A stretch of 63,593 nt of DNA from a virus (IMGVR_UViG_3300005581_002829:1-63593); one strand, 5' to 3'. Shown: positions 48,667 to 59,377, counted from the first letter of the stretch. A program made the numbers and translations. The notes: a model not told the origin generated them from the letters alone.

Positions 48667-49089
48667 TTATTTGCTTAAACGATCAACTGCTTTAGTAACA
48701 CCACGAATACGTTGGCGTGACTTAGATTTAAATCTGTCAGCTAATGAAGTAGATGCATTTTTCATATCAGGCTTTCTTGCCTTGGATGCTCGATTTTCAA
48801 AATCGGCTCCAATTTTACGATTAATCACAGCATCTTGAGATGCTTTTTTGACGTATGAACCTAGAGTTGTTTTTGATAGTTCATTAATTTGATCAACATC
48901 TTCATTACGAGATTTTCCCTTAGCAGCATAAGAAGCAGCTAACGCCATTTGGATTCGTTTGGCTTTAGATTTGCCTGCAAATTTTGGATTGTCGGAATGT
49001 ACGAAATCGTGAATGTACGTTCCGGCAGGATCAGATGCCTTTAGCTTTTCTTCTAAATACTGTTCTCTAAGTTCGTTAAACTTCTTCAT
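48667..49089 (-). CDS. Putative prohead core / internal head protein
   Basis: Basic protein with LEE and INE gp21-type cleavage motifs; gp67/gp68 position. Confidence 0.55.
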   Translation of the reverse strand: MKKFNELREQYLEEKLKASDPAGTYIHDFVHSDNPKFAGKSKAKRIQMALAASYAAKGKSRNEDVDQINELSKTTLGSYVKKASQDAVINRKIGADFENRASKARKPDMKNASTSLADRFKSKSRQRIRGVTKAVDRLSK

Positions 49090-49249
49090 GTTCTTGTTCT
49101 GTTCCTATAGAGGTTGCAACTTCTTGTTTTTTTGCTTCTAACGCATCTGACACTTTACTTGCAATGATCTCATTAAATCTTTCAACAGCATCTGACTGTT
49201 GATTGTTAATAATGCTGTCTACCATAGATTGTATAACTGTTGATTCCAT
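49076..49249 (-). CDS. Small prohead core protein (gp67-like position)
   Basis: Directly after portal; KVSDALEAKKQEVA; SD AGGAG. Confidence 0.6.
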   Translation of the reverse strand: MESTVIQSMVDSIINNQQSDAVERFNEIIASKVSDALEAKKQEVATSIGTEQEHEEV

Positions 49250-49274
49250 AACTTCTCCTATAATCATTATTTAT

Positions 49275-50831
49275 TTATTGTTGCTGCAATTCTTGCCCAG
49301 GAGGTAATTGGCCAGGCGGCATGCCGGGCATTCCTATCTGTGGCGGTGGAGGTTCCTTCTCTATTTGAGATTTCATCTCCTTCATTTCTTTATCCGACAT
49401 TCTCAAAACATTTTTCATAACATATTCTTGACTGTAATATGCTCCCACAAAAGGTTGAATTTGATTTAACAGATCAATTCTGTTTCTCAAATTCTCGGCA
49501 TTTTTCATTTCTTCAAAATACTGATCCTGGGCATATCTGTAATCTATTTCATTCTTTATTGAGTTCCAATCTTTTTCTGTTAAAACACCCTTTAACAACA
49601 ACTGGGTCTTTAACAAATCATTGAATAACTCATTAAATTTTACTCTGAGTCTACCGATAAATTTAGCAAATTTCAATTCATCTCTTGTAATCTCTGTTGC
49701 TCTACCAAACGATATACCTGTTTGGGGTTGCAATCTTGATAACGGAACATTTAATGCCTGGTACAACTTAGTTTGAAAATAATTAATATCATCAATCTGC
49801 CCTAAGTTTTCTCCGCCAGGTAATGTAGTAATTTCTGTACCTCTTCCACCTTCTCTTCTAGGCAACCAGAAATCTTCCAACATAGACATAAATTTACGAT
49901 CGTCTCTAATTTCCCCGGTACTGGAATCATATACAATCTTATTTCTATAACGAGCCATAATATCTTTTAAATATTGCTCTGCTTTCAATTTTGGCAAATT
50001 GCCCACATCTATATAAAATATTCTTCTTTCGGGAGCTCTTGCAAGTCTGTAAATAACCAAAGAATCTTCCATCATCTTTAATTGATTTACAGGTTTAATT
50101 GCTTTATGCAATTGCCCTAAAACTACATTTTTATCCAAATCCATCATACCCGAAGGTACAAATGTAATAGCGTCTAACGAAATTTTTATACCCTGATTTG
50201 CTGCAAGAGTAGTAAATCCTGGATTATATGTAATACCTTTTTCATTATATAAGAAATATTCTTCAACAGATTTAATAACTTCTAAGCCGCTATCTTTATC
50301 TTTTTCTTTTTTAACTTCGCGTATCTTCTTTATTTTTCTTGGATCTAACACTATTGTTTCTAAAATCCCACGCTTAGGATTTTTAGTATCTATAATCTTT
50401 TGAAAATATAATCTTCCATCTATATACCATCTTTTAAAATAATCAAATCCTTTTGAATCAAATTCAATCATTTTAATTAATGAATTAAATTCATCAAGAA
50501 TAGTATCTTTAATATCGTCAGGAATATCTAATCTATCTAAATTAATTTGTACTACAGCCTCATCGTCTATAGCAGCAATTGCTTCAGTTAATATTTCATC
50601 TATTGCTGCAGATGCATCAGAATACATTGAGCATTCACGATATCTTGTAATAAGTTCATATTCAGATTTTGCAGTTGCATCTAAGTCAACATACGTCCCA
50701 AAATATCCTCCTGCTTGTACAGTGGATGCTCCATCGTCAGAAACAGGTGTAGCAAACCCCTGTAGTTTTCTATCTATAGGAGGTTCTTCATCTTCTTTAC
50801 CAATAGTAAAGCCAAATAGTTTAATAGCCAT
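49275..50831 (-). CDS. gp20: Portal protein gp20
   Basis: WYIDGR, YRLARAPERRIFYIDVGNLP, EDFWLPRREGGRGTEITTLPGG. Confidence 0.98.
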   Translation of the reverse strand: MAIKLFGFTIGKEDEEPPIDRKLQGFATPVSDDGASTVQAGGYFGTYVDLDATAKSEYELITRYRECSMYSDASAAIDEILTEAIAAIDDEAVVQINLDRLDIPDDIKDTILDEFNSLIKMIEFDSKGFDYFKRWYIDGRLYFQKIIDTKNPKRGILETIVLDPRKIKKIREVKKEKDKDSGLEVIKSVEEYFLYNEKGITYNPGFTTLAANQGIKISLDAITFVPSGMMDLDKNVVLGQLHKAIKPVNQLKMMEDSLVIYRLARAPERRIFYIDVGNLPKLKAEQYLKDIMARYRNKIVYDSSTGEIRDDRKFMSMLEDFWLPRREGGRGTEITTLPGGENLGQIDDINYFQTKLYQALNVPLSRLQPQTGISFGRATEITRDELKFAKFIGRLRVKFNELFNDLLKTQLLLKGVLTEKDWNSIKNEIDYRYAQDQYFEEMKNAENLRNRIDLLNQIQPFVGAYYSQEYVMKNVLRMSDKEMKEMKSQIEKEPPPPQIGMPGMPPGQLPPGQELQQQ

Positions 50832-50853
50832 AATTTAATTCACTTTTTAAAAA

Positions 50854-51429
50854 TTAACCTAATGATGTAATTGCGTTGACCAATTGTTGTGCAGGATTAT
50901 TAGAGAATTCAAAAGATTGATACTGAAATGATACGCCAAAAGTTGACAACTGATCGTTGGATCCGAAATCTAAACCTACTGCTCCAAGATCAACTGGGAA
51001 GGCACCTAATAATTTATATTGTTTTAGAACTGCGCCGTTGCGATCTAATTGAGAAATAAACATATCAGTTTGATACTGGGAAGGTTGTAAAGCACCAGTC
51101 TTATTAGCTAGGTCCTCTATACCATTCATCCATTGTTCTATTGCTGTTCTAATTGAGAATCCAGAATCATTTAAGACTGTACAATTAAAGGGAGCAAATT
51201 CTCTATCACCTGCCATCTTAACTAATCGTCCGCGATAATAAACAGGAGTAACTCCTAGAGTTTGTCCTGGCAATTCTGCTACACTAACTAAGAATGGAGC
51301 TTTAGTTACGGCCGCCCCTCTTCCCGCAACATAGTTTGGGAAGGTTAGCTGAACCGCAAACTGATTCGGTCTTGCACCGCCGTTTGTTAGTTCGGATTTA
51401 AATCTTTCTACATTAAATGGTACTGCCAT
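50854..51429 (-). CDS. gp19: Tail tube protein gp19
   Basis: GGARPNQF, AGDREF, QLDRNG, GAFP. Confidence 0.95.
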   Translation of the reverse strand: MAVPFNVERFKSELTNGGARPNQFAVQLTFPNYVAGRGAAVTKAPFLVSVAELPGQTLGVTPVYYRGRLVKMAGDREFAPFNCTVLNDSGFSIRTAIEQWMNGIEDLANKTGALQPSQYQTDMFISQLDRNGAVLKQYKLLGAFPVDLGAVGLDFGSNDQLSTFGVSFQYQSFEFSNNPAQQLVNAITSLG

Positions 51430-51444
51430 TTTTAAGTTCTCCTA

Positions 51445-54102
51445 TTATGCCCCTACTTCTTCGAAGGATACGCCAGTTCTTGTAGCAACAAAATTCAACT
51501 GAATGAAATTAATTGCTCTTGCTGGTTTGATGAATATATCCGCGACAAATTCATTTCTATCTATAACTTCTGCGGTATTATTTGTTTCATCGCATACCAC
51601 TCTAAAATCTGTAACACCTCTACGACCTTGAACATCTCTCAAGAATGGTTCTACTAAATTTCGAAATTGTCCGCGAGTAAATGGATCGTTGAATTCGAAC
51701 AATTGGAATTTAGAAGCGGTAGCTATTGCTTTTTCCAATACGATAAACAATCTACGCACATTGATACGATCAAATGCACTTGGTCTAGATTGTAATGTCT
51801 TATCTCCAAACAATAAAGTACCTTGTCCCGGGAATGTTACCACAGGATTTATACCTTTCTTGTATAGAGTATCTCTATCTGTTTTAGCAGGTGAGTATGC
51901 CAATTTAACTACATTTTTAATAACACCTCTATTATATCCAGCAGGAGAGAACCAAGGATCTGCAATATAATCTGTTCTTGCTGCAAGACCAGCAACATCT
52001 CCATTTAATGGGACATATCTGTATTTGTCGTTGTAACGATCATACTGATATTTCCATCCAGAATCTAAAACAGCGAATGAAGAGTCTGTTAACGTATTTC
52101 TATAAGCAACAATTTTGTCTGCCTGACCTGTAGTATTTACTACGTCTGTATATTGAGGTGATGCAAATACTACGCAATCTCTTCTTGCTTCCGCAATGGC
52201 AATAACACTATTTACTACGCTTGCTGTTGTAGTTGGTCCCATTGGAATTAGACTTATATCATACAATTCGTCATTTGAGAATAACGAATACCCTGTAGTT
52301 AGATTGCCGGCGGTTATACTATCTCCAGCTACACCTGCAGATAAATTCTGAGTTAAATTTGCAGCCAAAACATCAAAAGCGGTTGTTGAAGCCGTGCCCC
52401 AATCATCTCCACTTTCATGGTGATTTAACCACCAGATATATCTAGATTGATTGTTAATTACATTCTTGTAGTAATTAGTTGAACCGTCGGAATTTTTGGC
52501 ATCCGATGCTTTAGATAAGAAAGAGAATTTTTCTAAAACAGAACCAGCTGTTCCAGAAATAGAACCTGTTCTATCCAATACTATTACGTGCAATTCGTCG
52601 CCCGAACCACCCTTCTCTGTTACATATGCAGATGTCGATGGAGCAGCATCGAATTGACTAGCATATTGCCATGCAGTAAAGCCCCCCGAATCTGCAAGAG
52701 AAACTCTAATAGAATTGCCTAAAATTCCTGGATATTTTGCTGCCCATTGTCCATATAGTAATCCGCCAGTTGAATAATTAGCATCATAATTATCAAAATT
52801 TGAAATTAAAATTGAACCTTGGGATAATACTGCATTTGCAAATACATCTCCAGATGGGACTGTTACTGTAATTTCCGGCGTTGCAGAATATCCTGTTCCT
52901 GCATTAGTGATTGTAATTCTATCAACAGCATATCTTAGTTCAGACGTTGCTACTGCTGTAACTGCGGGAGAATCAACGGGGTCGGGTGTAAATGTAATTA
53001 TAGGTGCGGCAAGATACCCATTACCTCCAGTTATTACAGTAACGCCCACTACCCTTGCTTCCATTCTACCTATAGCGGAGGCATTGGCACCGCCAAACTC
53101 ACTATTTTTATTTATATTTACAGTAATACCACTACTATAGCCTGTACCAGGATTAACTACATTTGCTCCTGTAATTATACCATGACCTAAAGTAACACTA
53201 ATATTAGCATTCGCATTTGACCCCTCTGGGCCATTACGTAATACAGATACATTTGGCATAGAAGTATATCCAGAACCAACACTTATTACATTAAAACTTG
53301 TAATATTACCATCTGGACCCGTAGCAATTAATTGAATATTTGCACCAGAGCCACCGCCACCTGAAATTACCAACAAACTACTATTACTATAGCCATTACC
53401 GCTACTAATAATAGTTGCATTTGACACAGAAAAACTTATTTGTAAATTTCCTGTAGCACCTTCGCCGCCACCGCCAGATATTATAATATTTGAATTTGAA
53501 TTATAATTATTTCCTCCAGATAATATTGTCAAACTGACAACATTACCGCTTCCTAAAATAGCAATTGCATTTGCCGCATAACCGCCGGCGGATAAATTTG
53601 CTGTAGCATTAACAGTAGGAGCTACAGAATATCCTTGTCCTAATACGGACATCGTAATTGCGTTAATTGCGCCAGTATTTGCTAGCAAGGCATTACCTGT
53701 AGCTTGCGTACCTCCCTCTACACCTGGGGCAGCTATAGCTACAGAAATTCCTGATAAAGAAGTATAAGTATTTGATGAAGAACTAACAACTATACTGGTA
53801 ATAGTTCCCGATGGAGTAGAAGTTGCGTTTCTAGCAACACCTTTATCTACAACGCGAACTAAGTTTAAATTGTTTCCATAAGATAAAAAATTTGCTGCAG
53901 TAAAGAAATATCCCGCAGTTGAATCATTCGGTTGACCAAAATTAGTTACTAGATTTTTTTCCGAATCTACAGTTGTAACTTCTTCCACTGGACCCCATTG
54001 GAATGCTCCTGCAAATGCGCCAGCAGTGGTTGCAACCGAGGGAACTAAAGTAGTTCTATCTTGTTCAGTTACTACAACGCCAGGTGAAAGCTGAAATGCC
54101 AT
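51445..54102 (-). CDS. gp18: Tail sheath protein gp18 with ~330-aa repeat insertion
   Basis: SPGV, FQWGP, PWFSPAG, FDRINVRRLF, IKPARAINFI. Confidence 0.96.
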   Translation of the reverse strand: MAFQLSPGVVVTEQDRTTLVPSVATTAGAFAGAFQWGPVEEVTTVDSEKNLVTNFGQPNDSTAGYFFTAANFLSYGNNLNLVRVVDKGVARNATSTPSGTITSIVVSSSSNTYTSLSGISVAIAAPGVEGGTQATGNALLANTGAINAITMSVLGQGYSVAPTVNATANLSAGGYAANAIAILGSGNVVSLTILSGGNNYNSNSNIIISGGGGEGATGNLQISFSVSNATIISSGNGYSNSSLLVISGGGGSGANIQLIATGPDGNITSFNVISVGSGYTSMPNVSVLRNGPEGSNANANISVTLGHGIITGANVVNPGTGYSSGITVNINKNSEFGGANASAIGRMEARVVGVTVITGGNGYLAAPIITFTPDPVDSPAVTAVATSELRYAVDRITITNAGTGYSATPEITVTVPSGDVFANAVLSQGSILISNFDNYDANYSTGGLLYGQWAAKYPGILGNSIRVSLADSGGFTAWQYASQFDAAPSTSAYVTEKGGSGDELHVIVLDRTGSISGTAGSVLEKFSFLSKASDAKNSDGSTNYYKNVINNQSRYIWWLNHHESGDDWGTASTTAFDVLAANLTQNLSAGVAGDSITAGNLTTGYSLFSNDELYDISLIPMGPTTTASVVNSVIAIAEARRDCVVFASPQYTDVVNTTGQADKIVAYRNTLTDSSFAVLDSGWKYQYDRYNDKYRYVPLNGDVAGLAARTDYIADPWFSPAGYNRGVIKNVVKLAYSPAKTDRDTLYKKGINPVVTFPGQGTLLFGDKTLQSRPSAFDRINVRRLFIVLEKAIATASKFQLFEFNDPFTRGQFRNLVEPFLRDVQGRRGVTDFRVVCDETNNTAEVIDRNEFVADIFIKPARAINFIQLNFVATRTGVSFEEVGA

Positions 54103-54155
54103 CTTCTTCTCCTTGATAATTTTATAGAGCTGTTTTCTATAATTTGATTTCTATT

Positions 54156-54163
54156 TATTTATA
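54156..54163 (-). promoter_or_regulatory. T4-type late promoter
   Basis: TATAAATA upstream of gp18. Confidence 0.75.
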
Positions 54164-54174
54164 ATTATAGTCTT

Positions 54175-55860
54175 TTAGACATTTTCAAGGAACTTTCTTT
54201 GCATTTCTTCAATTTCATCTCTATTCTTAGATCCCACGTTAAACCAGATTGCATCTGTCATAATCTGAGGAGCTTCATGTTCGGGGATGCCCGTATCTAT
54301 AATACCAAACGGAGTAAGATTTTCCTCAATCTGTTTGAACTGCTCTTCATATAAAGCTTTTCTAAGATTCGAGTCAGTTAAATCTTTAAAGAATGATTCA
54401 TTGGTGGCCCAGGAAAATAGCACCAAACACATAACCAAATCGTCCTGGTATCCTTCATCTGCTTTATGAGATCCTCGAACTTCAATAAATGTAGATATTT
54501 CATTAATAATATCTGGGTCATGTATTAATAATTTTGTGCCCTCAACTAAACTCTTGAAAGACGTACAACCTAATCGTTTTACTTGTTTGGTAGTTCTAAC
54601 CCCCAGAGTTGCTCCCTGAGAGAATCCTCCAGATAAGAATTGTCCAGATTTACTATTACTTCCTACAAAAAACACGTTCTCATATTCTAAATCCATATAC
54701 AAAGTATCTGCTACTTGTTGTCCGTTATCGTTAATCTCAACTAAACAATAAGCTTTGTTATAATCTTTGGCTACTTTATATATAATATTTGGGAAAAGAA
54801 GAGGGCTTATTTTATTGTTTCTGTATTTTGCAACAACCTTAAAAGGATATGTAGTAATATCCATGACTGCAAATGCAGAGTAATCTCCACCTACACCTCG
54901 CGAGGTATCTGCAACTAGCATGTAAACCTTATCTTCTTCGGGTTCATCAAACACATCTAAACCATCTTTACTATATACATACGGTTTAACTGACATTCTA
55001 CCAATAGTATCTGGATTGATAAGTGTATTAGATGATCCCAGGAATCTACATAAAACTTCTTGATTAAACTTAAGTTCACCTAATAATGCTCTTTGTTCTT
55101 GCGCCCATTTTTCTGTTCTACCAGGAATCTCGCTGTAAGGAATAAACATAGGAACAAATCCGTTTAGACCTTGTTCTGCTTCATTCCAGAATTTCCAGAA
55201 ATGATTGTATCCTAATGGTGTAGAAGTTAAAAGAATCTTTGTAGTTTCACCTGCAGAAACAACAGGATAAACAGATGTGAAAAAATCCTCAGCTACATTG
55301 TTTGGAATAATTGCTGCTTCGTCAATGTATAACCAATTTACAGATTTACCTCGAATACCGGAAGAACTTGTTGCTGCAGTAAAAACTCTAGATCCGTTTT
55401 CTAATTCTATATCACCTTTGTTAAATGTCTTTACCCCTTGCTGCATCCAAATAGGCAACATTTCATACATCATCTCATATCTGTAAAGTACTTCCCTGGC
55501 GGCTGAAGATTTGTTAGCAAGAATAGCAACTGTTTTATTTGATTGGAATAATGTATACCAAAGTATGCAGGCAGCAGAGGTAATTGTTTTTCCTTGTTGT
55601 CGTCCTTCCATTAGAATAACCTTACGATTATTCAATATAGTTAATACCTTTTTCTTCTGGCAATCGTATAATTTAAATGGGATTAACCCTTTATCCAAAG
55701 AAACAATTTGGCAATATTGTTCTATAAAGTATATAGGCTCTTGAGAACATTTAATTATTTCTTTAACTTGTTCTGCAGAATATGATATAACCGTACCAAT
55801 CTGTTTTAGATTAGGATTCCCGTTGTAGGATAATTTTTTACTGGTCGATGATGTTGTCAT
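54175..55860 (-). CDS. gp17: Terminase large subunit gp17
   Basis: YNGNPNLK, GRQQGKT, YIDEAA, STPLG, DDLVM. Confidence 0.97.
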   Translation of the reverse strand: MTTSSTSKKLSYNGNPNLKQIGTVISYSAEQVKEIIKCSQEPIYFIEQYCQIVSLDKGLIPFKLYDCQKKKVLTILNNRKVILMEGRQQGKTITSAACILWYTLFQSNKTVAILANKSSAAREVLYRYEMMYEMLPIWMQQGVKTFNKGDIELENGSRVFTAATSSSGIRGKSVNWLYIDEAAIIPNNVAEDFFTSVYPVVSAGETTKILLTSTPLGYNHFWKFWNEAEQGLNGFVPMFIPYSEIPGRTEKWAQEQRALLGELKFNQEVLCRFLGSSNTLINPDTIGRMSVKPYVYSKDGLDVFDEPEEDKVYMLVADTSRGVGGDYSAFAVMDITTYPFKVVAKYRNNKISPLLFPNIIYKVAKDYNKAYCLVEINDNGQQVADTLYMDLEYENVFFVGSNSKSGQFLSGGFSQGATLGVRTTKQVKRLGCTSFKSLVEGTKLLIHDPDIINEISTFIEVRGSHKADEGYQDDLVMCLVLFSWATNESFFKDLTDSNLRKALYEEQFKQIEENLTPFGIIDTGIPEHEAPQIMTDAIWFNVGSKNRDEIEEMQRKFLENV

Positions 55861-56266
55861 CTTTTTTACCTAACAGCTTCATTAGCTCATTGGTGGAACC
55901 GGCAAACACAACATTATTATTTTGTGTTCCTATTTTTATAGGGTCATCCGTTTTTAAATCTTTAACTTGTTTTTGTAACCCCATTAGATCTTTAGATACA
56001 TCTGATAGAGTTTTCATGAATTGTCCTGCAACTTCATACGTTCTCGGATGTTCAGAACTTTTAGATAATTCAATTAATGTGTCCAAAGTATCTTCCCCCC
56101 TCATTAATAATTTTCTCATAGTTTGGCGAGCTAATTGGTAATCTTCTTCTTGATCCATTTCTTTATTATCGTTCAAATTTTCAGCCAAAGATGCCAACGC
56201 TGTACTAGCAGGTTCATTGACCGGATCTATATTAAAAATATCATTTAAATTTTGTATGTTTTTCAT
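55838..56266 (-). CDS. gp16: Terminase small subunit gp16
   Basis: DYQLAR, EHPRTYEVAG, FAGSTNEL. Confidence 0.93.
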   Translation of the reverse strand: MKNIQNLNDIFNIDPVNEPASTALASLAENLNDNKEMDQEEDYQLARQTMRKLLMRGEDTLDTLIELSKSSEHPRTYEVAGQFMKTLSDVSKDLMGLQKQVKDLKTDDPIKIGTQNNNVVFAGSTNELMKLLGKKDDNIIDQ

Positions 56267-56267
56267 A

Positions 56268-57053
56268 TTATTTGTCTAAATGAAAATAATCAAATACTGG
56301 ATAAATTCTATCAGGCTTTAATAATTCTGGGAAAAAATCTTCAGGGGTGAGATGATCTGGAGGACGTTTACCTTCCATTCTGGATTCATTATCCCCCAAA
56401 TGCTCAACATATTTATCTTTTAAAAATACCGATCTAAATCCTAGCGAATGAAATCGTCTATCTATATTCCATTCATTATGCCATTTTTCTACTCGACCAA
56501 GTAATATTAAATCTTCTCTTCTTTTTAAATTAGGACTTCCCACCCACCCTATCCAATAATAATGATTGGCACTAACTCGCCAATTCTTTTTAAAATAAAA
56601 TGCATTATCGAATAACTGATCTTTATAATAAGTATCGTGGCCCTCGTGTTCAAATGTTCTAAATGAGATATCTATATTTCCTATATTTCTATAAGTCTGT
56701 AGTATCTTTTTAGATTCATACATATATCCAGATTTAATAAATTCCCAGTCATCTTCTAAATAAAATATAAACTCAGTATTACAGTAGCTAACCATAAAAT
56801 CCATCGCCCACCATTGTCCTCTATTATCAGGAAAACAAACTATATCGTAATAGGAGCCGTATATATTTACTAATCTATCATATACTTCAGGATTGCCGCT
56901 ATCATCTACAATTACTATTTTCGTAACATATTCGCACGTATTTAGAAAAGAATTTAATGTTTTTTCTAAAAGATGCAATCTATCACAACTTAAAACAAAT
57001 GTTGTAATATCAGAATCAGGTTGTTCTGTAGTGTGAACTCTCAATCGAGACAT
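56268..57053 (-). CDS. Glycosyltransferase family 2 inserted in the morphogenesis module
   Basis: LSCDR, IVDDS, YLEDDW, VEHLG. Confidence 0.8.
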   Translation of the reverse strand: MSRLRVHTTEQPDSDITTFVLSCDRLHLLEKTLNSFLNTCEYVTKIVIVDDSGNPEVYDRLVNIYGSYYDIVCFPDNRGQWWAMDFMVSYCNTEFIFYLEDDWEFIKSGYMYESKKILQTYRNIGNIDISFRTFEHEGHDTYYKDQLFDNAFYFKKNWRVSANHYYWIGWVGSPNLKRREDLILLGRVEKWHNEWNIDRRFHSLGFRSVFLKDKYVEHLGDNESRMEGKRPPDHLTPEDFFPELLKPDRIYPVFDYFHLDK

Positions 57054-57067
57054 AATAAAACCTTTAA

Positions 57068-57814
57068 TTAAAAATCTTCAAATGTATCTATATAAGTATA
57101 GCTATTTGAAGGAATTGCGTTGGCAGAAGTTGCCGTAGTTAATTTTTGCAGAGGAACTGTTAAATCAGTATCACTAAAAGAGCTAGTTATAACTTTATTA
57201 ATAATACCTTGTTTATTAATTGGACCATAAAAATTAAGTTTCATTATAAAATTCATTGTCCATATGATAGATCTTCTGGTTGTTAGATCGCCTTCATAAT
57301 CATCTTCAAACCCAATAGAATTTAAAAGAATTGGGAGGTCATTTTTAATATCTAATTCTGGAATAGCTTTAAGTGTAAGATTATAATCAGGATTAAAATA
57401 AGGTATTATTTGTTCTATAATTTGTAATCCGTCATCTTGATTTTTAACATAAATGTATAAAAGAACATTTAGATTATACGGAGTTGGTGCGTATTGAGTA
57501 CTTGCAGTACTATAAGTATTAATTGTTCTAGATTGTTGTATAGGTGCAATTTTTCTACTAGGATCATAATCTATGGATACCATTTCAAACCCCATACGAG
57601 GAACAACAACCTGCAAATTTTGATTATCTACATTCGGTTGTTGTCTTATCCTTGTTAAGAATTTTTGTTTTGGAGAATAAGATAACGGAACTTTTATTGT
57701 TTGTATAGTATCCCCGTTTGCGTCTTTTCGTTCAACGGTTATGTTATTAAACATATTACCAAAAGCAACAATTGCTTTTCGTGTAGTTCCCCAGTAAAAT
57801 CTTTGATCTAACAT
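57068..57814 (-). CDS. gp15: Tail sheath stabilizer / terminator gp15
   Basis: AFGNMFN, VPLSYSPK, PRMGFE, QIIEQIIPYFNP. Confidence 0.95.
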   Translation of the reverse strand: MLDQRFYWGTTRKAIVAFGNMFNNITVERKDANGDTIQTIKVPLSYSPKQKFLTRIRQQPNVDNQNLQVVVPRMGFEMVSIDYDPSRKIAPIQQSRTINTYSTASTQYAPTPYNLNVLLYIYVKNQDDGLQIIEQIIPYFNPDYNLTLKAIPELDIKNDLPILLNSIGFEDDYEGDLTTRRSIIWTMNFIMKLNFYGPINKQGIINKVITSSFSDTDLTVPLQKLTTATSANAIPSNSYTYIDTFEDF

Positions 57815-58563
57815 TATCTAAATGCCTCTCCGAATGGGTTTCTTTCCGAGAAGTCTAATACATTATCGACTTCTGAAGTAAATGTGTCATTGTCTGCGCC
57901 TGCAGTATCATTATCAATAAATGGTGATTCATTTAATATAGGAGCAATATCATTAGTTTCTAATAACAATGATTCGCCTGATTCTTGTAATAGTTCATAA
58001 TCGTCCAAGGTTACACCAAACGATGCAGCAAAATTATCTATTTCTGCAATTCCAGTATTAATCATCTCATTAGAAAACTGCATCAATTCGCAACTCATTC
58101 TATATATGAATAACTTACCTACCTGAAAAAACGGTGTTTGACTATCAACTTTTCTTATTTCAAAAAAGGATTGTGTCTTTGGAAAATAAATTATATCTCC
58201 TTCAGTTGGTCTAAAATTTAAAACCGAAGTATTCGTATCGCCTATAACATCTTTCCATCTTCTTCTTGATACTACAAAGTTTGCAGTATTTCTAATCTCT
58301 AAACCAAACTTAGTAATTAATTCATCGTCTCCAGCAAATCCAGCAACCTCTTCCAAATACATTTCAATCGGAAATGCGTGTTCATATTTGTTTGTAGGAT
58401 CTTCTGTTAAAATAAGATCCGGATTCGAAACTGATCGAGGCATATAATATACTTCCCACCCATAAATCTTCATGGACTCAATTATTAAATCCTCATATAA
58501 CGTCTGTTCTGAAGAAACACCAATAGACCTTCCAGACTGAAAGTATGGATTAACAGTAGCCAT
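57814..58563 (-). CDS. gp14: Neck protein gp14
   Basis: YYMPR, KFGLEI, RPTEGD, DFSERNPFG. Confidence 0.95.
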   Translation of the reverse strand: MATVNPYFQSGRSIGVSSEQTLYEDLIIESMKIYGWEVYYMPRSVSNPDLILTEDPTNKYEHAFPIEMYLEEVAGFAGDDELITKFGLEIRNTANFVVSRRRWKDVIGDTNTSVLNFRPTEGDIIYFPKTQSFFEIRKVDSQTPFFQVGKLFIYRMSCELMQFSNEMINTGIAEIDNFAASFGVTLDDYELLQESGESLLLETNDIAPILNESPFIDNDTAGADNDTFTSEVDNVLDFSERNPFGEAFR

Positions 58564-58570
58564 AATTGTA

Positions 58571-58599
58571 TTGACTTTCTATTGACATGGTGTTATCAT
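58571..58599 (+). promoter_or_regulatory. Sigma70-type promoter oriented antisense to gp13 and upstream structural genes
   Basis: Plus strand TTGACT-17 nt-TATCAT preceded by GGTGT, as in the early promoters at 24876 and 27057. Confidence 0.55.
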
Positions 58600-58633
58600 C
58601 TTCTATGTGTCCCGGTTAATTAAATACTTAATT

Positions 58634-59377
58634 TTATCCCGTGAACATATCTACAGGCAATTCAAATCTAGATTGCATTTCAGATTCAATCTTATCTATC
58701 TCAACTAACGCATCTTGATAGATTATATCCGCATTAATTGTTACACCCCCAGGTAATTGCATACCTGAAAACTTCTTAAGATTCTCACCCCATTGACGTT
58801 TTAGCAATGCTGTTGTGTATCTTTTAAGAAACATATCGTTATAAACATCTCGATAAGTATCCGGATCTAATATTCTATAGCACTCGACAATAATGAAAGT
58901 TCCTACAGTTACATCGGCTGACCAATCCAAATCCATATAAAGTCTATTCATATGTCTATTAAATCGTACGGGTTTAGTACCTGTAAGTATTTGATTTATC
59001 AATTCTAATTCTGTTTTAACCTGTGCATAATAAATTAAATTTGTAGACATTAAACTATATAGGTCATTAACTAGAATTTGATATTGAATACTAAATATAT
59101 TTGTTCCATCTGATCTATTAGCAAAAGGCACCATTCTACTAACACCTACTACACTATCGGGTACTGGGATATATTGATTAGCCATATCTGTAGATGTAAT
59201 TTGATGTTTTAGATAAACCATTTCTACAGCATCATAATGATATTCTCTATAAAATTGAAAAGCATCATCTATACGATCTTCAATTTGATCCTCATCTAGA
59301 TTTATTTCAATAACAGGTGCACCTAATCTTCTAAGGCAATAATCTTTTAATTCTTCTCTTGATGTTACTGTTGCCAT
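58634..59377 (-). CDS. gp13: Neck protein gp13
   Basis: YCLRRLGAPVIEIN, QWGENLKKF, LPGGV. Confidence 0.96.
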   Translation of the reverse strand: MATVTSREELKDYCLRRLGAPVIEINLDEDQIEDRIDDAFQFYREYHYDAVEMVYLKHQITSTDMANQYIPVPDSVVGVSRMVPFANRSDGTNIFSIQYQILVNDLYSLMSTNLIYYAQVKTELELINQILTGTKPVRFNRHMNRLYMDLDWSADVTVGTFIIVECYRILDPDTYRDVYNDMFLKRYTTALLKRQWGENLKKFSGMQLPGGVTINADIIYQDALVEIDKIESEMQSRFELPVDMFTG

